64,000 nt of DNA. Source: Nemertoderma westbladi. Lineage: Eukaryota > Animalia > Xenacoelomorpha. Made by a program: the position numbers and the translations under genes. This document shows positions 11,192 through 21,350 of this stretch, in pieces. The notes beneath the pieces are model-generated. The model saw nothing but the letters and a program-made list of their open reading frames with translations, made no database searches and was not told the DNA's origin. The first letter of the stretch is position 1. Every line of letters begins with the position of its first letter. The stretch is taken from assembly GCA_032718475.1 (NCBI GenBank), contig JAUCBJ010007849.1, forward strand, positions 1 to 64,000, written 5' to 3'.

Positions 11192-14100
11192 TCATACACC
11201 CACTCCAGACGTATCACGTTGGGGAGATGTTTGAGGAATTAGGGAGGTGGTCGTGGGAAGAGTGTCTTGCCTTCCATAGTTTCCGGAGAGTTCTCTGTCT
11301 CTTTCCAGTAAACATAAACGACCAACTGGGCGGTTGAGTTGTTGCGTCTCAAAGATTATGCCTGGCTTCTTGAAGTTACGCCGCATGACGACGAGTTCTA
11401 CCGAGCGTACTAAACCATCATCCGAGATGTGGGTCTCGATGATACGACCTGTCTGCCACCGTTTACGTGGGAGGTCTGGATCTACAATAAGCACCATATC
11501 TCCGGCGCTGACGTTTTCTTGCTGCGCAAACCACTTAGTTCGAAGTTGTAGCGTGGGCAGATAATGTTTCTCGAAATGGTCAGCGAAACGACGGGATAGC
11601 AACTGCATAAGTTGCCAAGTTCGACGGCAGTATTCGTCTCCGTCGGCAATCTCCGATCGTGGGAGCATGGCTACAGGTTTCTTCAGTAGGAAGTGCGCGG
11701 GTGTTAGCGCTTCCAGGGAATCGGGACTCGATGAGACTGGCATAAGCGGTCTCTCGTTGAGATAGGCAGCTATTTCCTCCATTAATGTCCGCAAAAGTTC
11801 GTCGGTGAGATACGCGCGGCATGGCACTATAAAGTGAAATGCGGTCTTAACACTTCTAATTAATCTCTCCCAACTTCCTCCCCACCAAGGGGCGTCGGCG
11901 GCGTTGAAGGTCCAGCTAGACGCTGTTATCCTTAGCTGATCGTCCACCTGTCTTTGGTTCCAGTCCTTCACGTAAGCCTGTATTTCGTTGTTGGCACCAA
12001 TGAAGTTCGTTCCCTTATCCGATCTCATGGTATTACTCGTCCCGAAGCGAGCGATCTGTCGGCGTAAACTTAATACGAAGCTGTTGGTAGATAGATCGTT
12101 CACCATATCGAGATGGATGGCTCTACAAGTCATGCATACGAAGATGACACACCATCTCTTGACTATAGTCCTAGCACGATATACTTCAATAGGGCCAAAT
12201 AAATCTACACCAGTATTAGTAAAAGGTGGTTCATAGAAGCTTACTCGTTCCCTAGGTAATTCTGCCTCTCGCTGTGTTAAAGGCCTACTGAATGCTTTCC
12301 TACAGGGTATGCAGTTCCTAAGAACTTGGTTCAGAGCTCTACGGGGTTTATAAAAATAATAGCGAGTTCGGATTTTGCTAAGAACTCGTTCTCTACCAGC
12401 ATGATAAAGTTTGCTGTGAACATCTACAATCATCTTGATTTGTACTTCAAGATTTCTAATGAGTATGGGGTATTTAGTGTCAAAGGATAATGGTGCATTG
12501 GTGAGCCTTCCTCCAACACGTATTAACCCATCTATCATTGTGCTAGAGAAGCGATCCCTTAAGCGCATCTGCGGATTTCTCAACAACAGGAAATACTTAT
12601 CGGAATCCTCATAGCATTGCAGGAGTCTCAGTATCTGCTTATTGGTTTCTTCATGCTCCTGGTAACTAATTTTCTCCTTTAGAAACCGGTCGGATGTCTT
12701 ATATTTGGGTAAATTTTTAATAACATGAACTTGCGCAGATGTCAATGGAGCGGTATCACTAATGGTCTTCGTCCTGGAGTAGTGATGATGAAAACATCTC
12801 CTTAAATATGTGACGGCTTTACAGAGCCGATTCCAGGAACTGTAGTGATGCATTGCTCTCTGCAGCAGGGGTGAGATTCCTTGCGAGACGTCTGGTATTC
12901 CAGATTTCCAATCTCTATATCTAATTTCCACAACAGACTTATTTGTGGCGAGGGATTGTGGATCCGAAGCATCATTTCCGGAAGTATGTAATACAGATAG
13001 ATCGATCGTCGGTTTAAATAACTTCGATTTACTCGCCCGGGTTTTAGGGTTGACTGTCTCCGCTCCCTTGGCTTGTCTAATCTCCGCCGTAGTAAGGTGA
13101 GGAGGCCATTCATCCTCTTCCTTGCTCAGGAAGTCGGGTCCACCCAACCAGTCTGGAGTATCTATCAGTTCCTGTGGAGTTGCTCCCCTGGAGGCGATAT
13201 CGGCTGGATTAATCGTACCAGGGCAATGTCTCCATTGATCTATCTTTGTGCGACTAAGAATAATAGCTACCCTGTTAGTAACAAAAACGCTGAACTGACA
13301 GACTTCATTGGTTAGATACTCCAACACGAGTAAAGCGTCGGTCCAATAAACCGTTTTCTCCAGTGGATAGTCGATTTGTTCTGTTACGTTCCGGCCGATG
13401 GCTGTAGTGTATAAAGCCGCCTTTAACTCCGCTCGAGGAACCTTTAACTTGTTGTTAATCAATGCCTTAGAGGTAACCAAGGCGACTTTGATTCCATCCG
13501 GAGTTTCGACTCGCAGATATGCTACTATACCTATTCCCATGTCGCTGGCGTCTCCAAACACATGGAGTTGATAGGAATACGTAGGAAGAACATGACCAAA
13601 ATATGCACGGGAAATTATAAAGTTCTCGATGGCCAGTAGAGAATCTTCCCATTTCATCCATTTCTTCAACAGTTCTCCCTTAAGCGGATCGTCCCATGAG
13701 TGGTTTTCAAGCCACATTTGTTGTACTAAACTCCGAGCAATCAATATAACTGGGCTAATAAATCCTAATGGGTCGAAATAAGTGCTCAGGATACTTAAAC
13801 AAATCCGTTTGGTCCGAACTGGATTATCTCGCTGTTTGAGCTGAAAAAACAGGATATCTCTTTCAGTGTCCCACTTCAAGCCAAGCGTCTTGGTTTCTGG
13901 AAGATCATCCTTTATTAAGTCTAGGTCTTTCGCTCCTCGGTCTTCTACCGGTATCGCTTCCAGAAACTCACGGGAGTTGCTGGTGAATTTCGTCAGTCGA
14001 AATCCACCTCTTTTCAAACACTCTACCGTTCCTTTCGCGACATCAATGGCTTCTTCTACTGATGGAAGGGACCTTAAATTGTCGTCCATGTATATATTAC

Positions 14101-15328
14101 GCTTGATGTTGTCTATCACCTCTTTTGAGAAGGCGTCTCGGTTGTCATTCGCAGTGGTCCGCACCACGGAGCAGGCGTTGGAAGGGCTTGATATGATCCC
14201 AAAAGCCTGGATGGTCATCCAGTACTCTACCGGTTTCTGGTTGAGATCTCCTTCAGGCCACCACAGAAATCTCAGGCTGTCTCTATCTCTATCCAGCGCC
14301 TTGACTTGTAAGAACATTCCTTCTATATCGGAGGCGAATGCGATGGAATATTGTCTTAATCTTAAAAGTATTCCCAACAAAGATTGGAGTAAGTTGGGTC
14401 CTGGTAACAACTCGGAATTGAGGGATTGGCCCATATATAGGGCGGAGCCATCGAATACGACTCGTACTTCGTGGGGTTTACCGGGTTTGGGAACGTAATG
14501 ATGTGTTAAGTAATACGTTCTCTCAGTCACTGGTGTTCCTTCCGGTACTTGCTCCGCGTATCCCTTTGTTATAAATTTCTTCAACTGAGTTTGGTACATT
14601 TCTTTAGCTGAAGCATTAGCCGTAAGGCGTCGATGCAATTGAGCAATTCTTTTCTCTGCCAAGGGTCTGTTATTTATAAATCTAGGTTCACGTTTTCGAA
14701 ATGGTAGGCCGATTTCATATCTACCTTGGTCCTTTAAAAAACGTGTAGTTGTTTCCTGGATTTGCTTGGCTCTTTCTTCTTCTATCAATAGGGCCTTATC
14801 GTATGAATTGGGCTCTACCAGTTCTTGAGTAAAGAATCGTACGGCGAGTTCGTCCCGAGTTCTAGCGTTGCAGCGCTCTATCTCATCATTTAGTTCGTCA
14901 TTGTAATCAATGGGCCCCGATGGGCGAATCAGTTGACATAGGTTCACCTGGTTTTTCCACGTTTTGTTTTCTGTAAGTAGGTCGATTGTGTTCTCTTCAT
15001 CGAAGAGTTGGTAGATGTCGTCATTATCTGAGGAGTATGGTGTTCCCTCAGTTAGTTCGTCCACCTCACTGCTCTCCACTTCCCCATCGTTTACTTGGTA
15101 TATTCGTTCTTGTGGCATTCTCTCTTCGAGAGTTCTGCGGGAAGGGCCAGTAAAGTACCAACCTACTCTAGTTCTTACCGCATAGGTTTGCAGTGGCTGC
15201 GGTTGAGCAGGCCGTTTCTCCAATGTCTCGAGCGCCTCATGCGCGTTTTGGCCGATGAGTATTTGCACTCCAGGATAATCTGTCTGGAATCGAGGTATCT
15301 TAAGATGTTGGATGCTCTCATCCTCGTC
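11192..15328 (-). CDS. pol: BEL/Pao pol: protease C-terminus, RT, RNase H, integrase
   Basis: RT motifs RVVFDGS, SDIEGMFLQV and IYMDD; Pao-type RNase H LHVFGDASD; integrase HAG...CIPC, DLFGP, SDKGTNF and WERL; C-terminal YLPTLQLRTKW...W..GRI. Open and in frame with gag up to the TGA at 15329-15331. Confidence 0.95.
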   Translation of the reverse strand, partial: DEDESIQHLKIPRFQTDYPGVQILIGQNAHEALETLEKRPAQPQPLQTYAVRTRVGWYFTGPSRRTLEERMPQERIYQVNDGEVESSEVDELTEGTPYSSDNDDIYQLFDEENTIDLLTENKTWKNQVNLCQLIRPSGPIDYNDELNDEIERCNARTRDELAVRFFTQELVEPNSYDKALLIEEERAKQIQETTTRFLKDQGRYEIGLPFRKREPRFINNRPLAEKRIAQLHRRLTANASAKEMYQTQLKKFITKGYAEQVPEGTPVTERTYYLTHHYVPKPGKPHEVRVVFDGSALYMGQSLNSELLPGPNLLQSLLGILLRLRQYSIAFASDIEGMFLQVKALDRDRDSLRFLWWPEGDLNQKPVEYWMTIQAFGIISSPSNACSVVRTTANDNRDAFSKEVIDNIKRNIYMDDNLRSLPSVEEAIDVAKGTVECLKRGGFRLTKFTSNSREFLEAIPVEDRGAKDLDLIKDDLPETKTLGLKWDTERDILFFQLKQRDNPVRTKRICLSILSTYFDPLGFISPVILIARSLVQQMWLENHSWDDPLKGELLKKWMKWEDSLLAIENFIISRAYFGHVLPTYSYQLHVFGDASDMGIGIVAYLRVETPDGIKVALVTSKALINNKLKVPRAELKAALYTTAIGRNVTEQIDYPLEKTVYWTDALLVLEYLTNEVCQFSVFVTNRVAIILSRTKIDQWRHCPGTINPADIASRGATPQELIDTPDWLGGPDFLSKEEDEWPPHLTTAEIRQAKGAETVNPKTRASKSKLFKPTIDLSVLHTSGNDASDPQSLATNKSVVEIRYRDWKSGIPDVSQGISPLLQRAMHHYSSWNRLCKAVTYLRRCFHHHYSRTKTISDTAPLTSAQVHVIKNLPKYKTSDRFLKEKISYQEHEETNKQILRLLQCYEDSDKYFLLLRNPQMRLRDRFSSTMIDGLIRVGGRLTNAPLSFDTKYPILIRNLEVQIKMIVDVHSKLYHAGRERVLSKIRTRYYFYKPRRALNQVLRNCIPCRKAFSRPLTQREAELPRERVSFYEPPFTNTGVDLFGPIEVYRARTIVKRWCVIFVCMTCRAIHLDMVNDLSTNSFVLSLRRQIARFGTSNTMRSDKGTNFIGANNEIQAYVKDWNQRQVDDQLRITASSWTFNAADAPWWGGSWERLIRSVKTAFHFIVPCRAYLTDELLRTLMEEIAAYLNERPLMPVSSSPDSLEALTPAHFLLKKPVAMLPRSEIADGDEYCRRTWQLMQLLSRRFADHFEKHYLPTLQLRTKWFAQQENVSAGDMVLIVDPDLPRKRWQTGRIIETHISDDGLVRSVELVVMRRNFKKPGIIFETQQLNRPVGRLCLLERDRELSGNYGRQDTLPTTTSLIPQTSPQRDTSGVGV

Positions 15329-18300
15329 TCAATTATAAAGGTCTGCTTGAGTAGTAGCGAAGTTCTTTATAGCCACCATTTTTACCGACCTTATACCTTG
15401 TGCTCCTAATTTATCCTGGGGGGTGGACAACACACCTACATAGTAATCTGCCATTAGGGTAGATTTCCAAACCTGCATAATTCCTGACATATTCAATTTA
15501 GTCCGGAATTTGGGTTGTCCAGCAAAGATATCTTCGGCTAGTTCTTGATCGATGAATGTTCCTGTGCTGCCGGAGTCAAGGAGGGCGTTCACTATGTAAC
15601 TTTTGTTAGGACCATGAACTCTTACCTGCACTACAGGAAATTCTCTGATTCCTATGTTGGAAGTTGGAGCTTTCCAAGATGGTTGTCTGGCAAAAGTAGT
15701 TGTGGGGAACTCATTGTCGGTGTCCTTTTCATAAGTAAGTGCTCGATACACCGCGGTATTGATTAGATAACAGGATTCGTTGGCGTCGGAGAATTCGTCA
15801 GTATAGAATCCTTCCATCTCAGATTCTTGATCAGTGTCATTTACATCACTGAATTGGACATGTAGTTCGGGCTCACTTACCTGACTCGGGTTGTCTCGTT
15901 CGAACTCACTGTGTAACAAGATGTGATGTTTCGCGCCACACTTTGCACACTTTACGTCGGAGTAACAGGTTCGCCGTTGGTGTCCTGGTCTGAGGCAATT
16001 ATAGCATAACCGCTTATCCCACACGACTGCACGTCTGTCTACAAGGGATTTCTTTAGAAATTCAGCACACGCACTCAAACGGTGGGTCCCGTCGCACAGC
16101 GCACAGTTAGGTTTTATGTTACTCACTTTACCTTGGGTAACTTGATGCACTCTCGTTCTTTCTTCGGGCTTTCTTCCGTGCATTCTGTTAGGAGACTGAG
16201 GAGGGGTCTTGGCAACCTGTTCTCTCCTATCGTTGGTTCGAGCCTTGTATTTACTTACGTCTTTTGAGGTTTTGTTAACGTAGTAAAATTTGTCAGTGTC
16301 TTTTCCTCTGTCCTCTTCTTGAGAAGCTTGGCTTTCGCCGTCGTCAGTGTAACACACTGGTGTTACTCTTCTCCTAGAAACGTGTTTCTCACTTACCTTA
16401 TTTTCCGATGTTTTCTCTCTGGACTGCTTGATGAGTTGTAGTTTTACTTCACCATCTAAGAAGGACATGAGATCGGCCATGGTAGGGCTTCGTCGTTGCT
16501 GCTCATTCATATACAACACTTTCTTGTCCCAACGTGTACATACTCCACCCTTTGGTAAAGTAGAGACTATGGCTCCAATAACCATGGAACTCTGATATTC
16601 ATGAGACTTACCTAACCAGTCCAATTGTCTACAGATCTCCTGAATCTCATCGGAAAACTCTATAATCCCGCTACTAAGAAAGTTTCGGGGGGCTACTAAT
16701 TTTGCATACAAATACTTAGCTATGTTATCCTTGTTACCATACCTGATGTTTAATGTATCCCAAACTTGTCTTAATCCTTCTGGATGTCCAATAAACTTTA
16801 ACGCCATTAACTTGGGAGGTCCTTCCAAGCACTTGATGAGGAATCTAAGTTTCTCTCCGTTAGATAGTACAGAGTTCTGCATGCTATCTTTGTAATATTC
16901 ATTAAAAGGTAACCATTTCATCTCATCTCCATTGAATTTGACGATTTCTCCCACTTTGACCGCTTGGCGGGCTTCTGTACTAGCCATCTGACGCGTAAAG
17001 CTTTCTTGGGCCATCATGTTATTTAATATCGAATTATCGGTATATAAATTTCTCGGATTATTATCAGGTCTATAGGGAATATCATTAACAACAGGTTTAT
17101 AATCACCCTTAATAGGGTTTGCTATAGGAGTTTCTACTTCACTAGCAGTATAGATGCGTGTAGGCTCCACACCTTGCGCATGTAATACTTCAGACCTAAC
17201 AGGTTGACACAATGTTACTGGGGGTATTGGTATCGCTTTTTGTATATTGACTAATTTGTCGCGTTCTAGCGCGATACTTTGCTGCACTTCTTGCAATTCG
17301 GCCCTACCTTCCCTTACTGTTCCCTTAAGTTGGTGTACAGTCTCCTGCATCTGTCCGAGCAGGAGATTCATCCCCCGCCGTCCCTCCTCTACCCACTCGA
17401 CCGCCGAAGCGGGAGTCGCCAACATTGTAGCGGGCTGACGCGGGACGACGGGAGACAAATCCTTGATTTCTCTCTCAGCTTCCAGGACAGGGATATTCTC
17501 ATGGACTGTTCTACCGGGTACAGGCAGTGTAGTACTGTGTAAAGGGAATTTAGAGTTAAGCACTGGAAGTACAGGGGTCTCTAGCACAGGAGTGACTTGG
17601 GGAACGACAGGCCTAATTATTTCAGGCTCATCAACTATAGTAGGGAGTTTTTTGACTTTAATAATTTGGTCTGTAGGTTCTATACTACTCAAGTCTGTGC
17701 TAGCTAGTTGTCTTCTAACTGCTGGGGGCAAATCAGGCAATTTGTGACGGTGAGATGTTTTTCTACGCCTGTTTAGACGAGATCTATTTCCTCCGCCTTC
17801 AGGATCGGTGGTATCGCCTTCCTCCGATGATGTGTATCCTTGGCGTTTGGGAGTAGATCGTCTCATCATCTGCATTTGACTAGCAGTTAACTGTTTATTT
17901 ATGCAGTCTTGCGTCTCTTGCAGATTTTCCAACTCCAGTTGGGTAGTCTCCTCAGACGCTCTCCGTTCTGCTTCTGCCACTGCCTTTGCCGCCTTTCTTT
18001 CCGCTGCTACTGCTGCTGCCTCTCTTTCCACTTCTGCCATTGCCGCTGCTACTGCTGCTGCCTTTCTTTCCACTTCTGCTTCTGCCATTACCGCTGCTAC
18101 TGCTGCTGCCTTTCGGTCCTCTATCCGTCTTTTCTTTACTTGTTCTTCTTGGACTCTAGCGAGGCGGAGTTTTTCATCAAATTTAGCTTGGTTTGCAGCT
18201 AACATTTCCGCATCGATTGAGTCCAACACAAGCTTGGTTCCTTCACTATTAGGGGAAAGTCCAGACAGCCGTCTCCTCAACTCTTCATCACCCAAGAAAC

Positions 18301-19291
18301 GTTGATAGTCTGACAGATAGATGTCTATGGCGTCTCTCGAGGGCGGCTTCTCTGCTGCTGTCTCTTCGCTTTCCACTTGAGAAAGGGTGGCATCGGTTGG
18401 TTCTTCATAGGTTGGTCTCTCAGCCAGCTGGGATTTCCACTGGGCCGTTTCTTGAACTTTGAGACCTACCCGCTGGAACCAAGTCTTGACAGCAACTTGC
18501 AGCGACGTGTCCTGTCTTCTTTTAGAAGTTTCCTCAAAGGCTGATAGGATTAGTCTAATGCGTAGGGTTCTTTCGCGTACTTGATATAGCAGCTCTTCCT
18601 GCTCTTGCGGTCCTTGGGGTTGTCGAAACAGTTGTTCTTCTAATCGCTCTAAGGAGCCGAAGAATCCCTGCACATATCCTGCTGCCGACCTCTTCCAAAC
18701 AGCTGGATCCATCGTATCTTTAGTCACTCCCATCCTGTGTATGTCTTCCCAAGTAGCTTCGGACAAATCTAACAGGAGTCCGGGTCTGGGAAAGTTCCAT
18801 TGTGACTCGACAATAGACATCAATTCTTCCCTGGCGTATCCCGCATAACTATCTTGGGTCGCTCGCTTACTTCTCGCCCAATCAGCTTGATGTTCCTCCA
18901 CCGCAATCAATATTGTAGTTAGCACTGCGGCAGGAAGGGTGAGAAGGGGATCCGAGTAGGCTGTAGCCGCCATCTGCACTCCGCGTTCGGGGGTCAGCTC
19001 TACAGTATCCGAACTACTGGAGCTATCGGGTCGCTGGGAACGAGTTTCTTGACTAGGCTGTTGCTGCTGTTGGACAGCTGCTTCCTGGTTCCGTTTGACT
19101 TGGGCCCGAGTGCCGATGATAGACCTACGGTGTTGGATTAGCTTAGGGTCTGATACTACTACTGGAGGGATGACCTTTCTTTCAGTAGGAGGTGAGCTGA
19201 ACTCCTTTCTTAATCGCTCCACACTTCTATCGGTGTCACAGATGGTTGTATCGATTAGACTGTCTGACAGGGTTTGCTGGGTGTCAGACAT
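15329..19291 (-). CDS. gag: BEL/Pao gag plus protease N-terminus
   Basis: Capsid-like KFNGDEMKWLPF region; three knuckles (CALCDGTHRLSAC, CYNCLRPGHQRRTC, CAKCGAKHHILLH); aspartic protease motif ALLDSGST. Confidence 0.93.
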   Translation of the reverse strand: MSDTQQTLSDSLIDTTICDTDRSVERLRKEFSSPPTERKVIPPVVVSDPKLIQHRRSIIGTRAQVKRNQEAAVQQQQQPSQETRSQRPDSSSSSDTVELTPERGVQMAATAYSDPLLTLPAAVLTTILIAVEEHQADWARSKRATQDSYAGYAREELMSIVESQWNFPRPGLLLDLSEATWEDIHRMGVTKDTMDPAVWKRSAAGYVQGFFGSLERLEEQLFRQPQGPQEQEELLYQVRERTLRIRLILSAFEETSKRRQDTSLQVAVKTWFQRVGLKVQETAQWKSQLAERPTYEEPTDATLSQVESEETAAEKPPSRDAIDIYLSDYQRFLGDEELRRRLSGLSPNSEGTKLVLDSIDAEMLAANQAKFDEKLRLARVQEEQVKKRRIEDRKAAAVAAVMAEAEVERKAAAVAAAMAEVEREAAAVAAERKAAKAVAEAERRASEETTQLELENLQETQDCINKQLTASQMQMMRRSTPKRQGYTSSEEGDTTDPEGGGNRSRLNRRRKTSHRHKLPDLPPAVRRQLASTDLSSIEPTDQIIKVKKLPTIVDEPEIIRPVVPQVTPVLETPVLPVLNSKFPLHSTTLPVPGRTVHENIPVLEAEREIKDLSPVVPRQPATMLATPASAVEWVEEGRRGMNLLLGQMQETVHQLKGTVREGRAELQEVQQSIALERDKLVNIQKAIPIPPVTLCQPVRSEVLHAQGVEPTRIYTASEVETPIANPIKGDYKPVVNDIPYRPDNNPRNLYTDNSILNNMMAQESFTRQMASTEARQAVKVGEIVKFNGDEMKWLPFNEYYKDSMQNSVLSNGEKLRFLIKCLEGPPKLMALKFIGHPEGLRQVWDTLNIRYGNKDNIAKYLYAKLVAPRNFLSSGIIEFSDEIQEICRQLDWLGKSHEYQSSMVIGAIVSTLPKGGVCTRWDKKVLYMNEQQRRSPTMADLMSFLDGEVKLQLIKQSREKTSENKVSEKHVSRRRVTPVCYTDDGESQASQEEDRGKDTDKFYYVNKTSKDVSKYKARTNDRREQVAKTPPQSPNRMHGRKPEERTRVHQVTQGKVSNIKPNCALCDGTHRLSACAEFLKKSLVDRRAVVWDKRLCYNCLRPGHQRRTCYSDVKCAKCGAKHHILLHSEFERDNPSQVSEPELHVQFSDVNDTDQESEMEGFYTDEFSDANESCYLINTAVYRALTYEKDTDNEFPTTTFARQPSWKAPTSNIGIREFPVVQVRVHGPNKSYIVNALLDSGSTGTFIDQELAEDIFAGQPKFRTKLNMSGIMQVWKSTLMADYYVGVLSTPQDKLGAQGIRSVKMVAIKNFATTQADLYN

Positions 19292-19369
19292 GTTTAGCTA
19301 TTCGGTTGAATGCCTGCTGCTATAGTTACAGTTAAAGCAAGTCTAGTACTGCAGTATGACCGTTGGCCT

Positions 19370-19645
19370 AGTACCGGTAATTTATTACAGTATATTAGAA
19401 TACCGGTATACACTTATAATATATATAAGTATTGCAAACTAGGTTTGTTACAGAGTACCGGTATATAATTTTAGCACAAATATATATAAATATATAATAG
19501 GCCTATCGTGAATACCGGTATACAGCCTACACTTATAGTATATAAGTATAATTTTGGTCTAGAATTAATTACAGAATACCGGTATAATTTTAGCCTAAAT
19601 TTATAGAAATAAAGATAATAGGCCTATCGTGAATACCGGTATATC
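19370..19645. repeat. Imperfect ~120-bp tandem duplication with repeated TACCGGTA palindromes in the element's 5' leader
   Basis: aataggcctatcgtgaataccggtata occurs at about 19496 and 19617; ttacaga.taccggtata occurs twice. Confidence 0.7.
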
Positions 19646-21047
19646 AATTATTTAAATAATTGAATTTCTGAATTTTAAAGGTTACTTAGTTACTTTAACT
19701 TACTTTATTACCGTTATTTAAGCAGTAGTCCAACTGATATTGAGACCTAGTTGTTGTATGGCAGGCCTACTATTTATAAATCGTTTGAGTTGATTTATAA
19801 TATATATATACCCGTTTAAAATGGGTTTTGTCAATATTTGAAATAAATGTTATTATTTCTGGGGGGAGTCACTACACAGAAGCTGTGCGCTCTCAGTGGA
19901 GTGCTACTTATTGGACACTAAAACAGATTATTCTAATTTACCTAAGTTACTTAATACTACGAATTACGTACGATACGGGTGAGATTAATTTTCTAATTAA
20001 AACACAACAAAATATTATGTATGAAATTTTAGGGTAATTTTACAGGAAGTCTACAGACCAGTCTAACAAAGGGTTAGAATTCTGGTTATTACAACGGACA
20101 GGGTACTACGGTATTTGAAAATAATAAGTAGTAGTAAATATATTGCACTGTCCAGATAGGAAAATACCACCGCCTGACGACCTATAGCCGTATCGCTATA
20201 GGTACTACGTTATGTATCACGGAGTGTTCCTACCTGGAAGTTAATTACCGCGGACTACCAGATCCAACGTGCCTATTAACCACTTTACAACACAATACAC
20301 TGCCTACACACCAATTACTTTCGGAAAGCACTGTACACTAAACCCTAAATTAGGTACAAGTACTTATTAAAAACAGATAACTAGTAGTTAAATATACTTG
20401 AACAGTTAAAAGAACCACGGCATCTGCTGGAGTGACCAGAGCACAAAGTCACCAGTCTTTACCTACGCCAAGCAGCCCGTGTAGTACCGGGGTTAATTTA
20501 ACTATAACGGTATGTGTAACAAACACAATTACTGTAGGAATAAACTTGGGGACATGAATGTTGCGAATAATCGCATAAACTCTGAATAATAAATATTACG
20601 CTACCCGTACAGAATACTCAAACAAAATACAAACCAAACGCTGGCAGACTACCATCAAGCCTAAATAAACTACAGTATGTGCAGATTCCAAAATGGTTAG
20701 TTAGTATGCGTTCTAACACGGTAGTACGACTTATTCTTTAAGAGGGGATTGACCTTATAGCTCTGGCTGCCCCAACTTACTAACTGGCACTTTATCAGAC
20801 AAACTCTACACACGCCGTAATCTCTCCAAACCCAACAACAGTCCGACAACTATCCGGCCTACTAATTGTCTGTATAGACTGAGCAAGCTTACACGCCTTC
20901 TGCTCAAAACTGGCCTACAAATAAATAAAACTGACAGAAATAAGTAAGCTCCAAAAGAAACAAGGGGTGTACAGTCCCTAATCTCTTAAACAGCCTACCG
21001 GTATGCAATAATCAAAATCGAATAATACTAATGTACTTATACTGGAA

Positions 21048-21290
21048 GTACCGGTTAGGACAGTTAGGCCTACAGACCTACAGCAGTACCGGTTCAGGCA
21101 GTTAGGCCTACGGACCTACAGCAGTACCGGTTCAAGTAGTTGGGCCTACGGACCTATAGCAGTACCGATTCTGGCAGTTGGGCCTACGGACCTACAGCAG
21201 TACCGATTCTGGCAGTTGGGCCTACGGACCTACAGCAGTACCGATTCTGGCAGTTGGGCCTACGGACCTACGGCAGTACCGGTTCAGGTT
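21048..21290. repeat. 38-bp tandem repeat, about 6 copies, in the element's 5' leader
   Basis: Unit ggcctacggacctacagcagtaccgattctggcagttg; period 38 (21181 to 21219). Confidence 0.9.
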
Positions 21291-21350
21291 TACCGGTTGA
21301 CCGGTACTTTCAACTTTATTGCTTACTGCAATAAAGACAATAACTGTTAT

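Noticed and set aside
15329-15331. Genome-wide UGA reassignment
   Set aside because: AK7 and LINE ORF1 end in TGA at sensible positions, and the long ORFs use TGG for Trp.
11334-19325. Plus-strand and alternate-frame ORFs overlapping gag-pol
   Set aside because: Shadow ORFs of the long coding frame.
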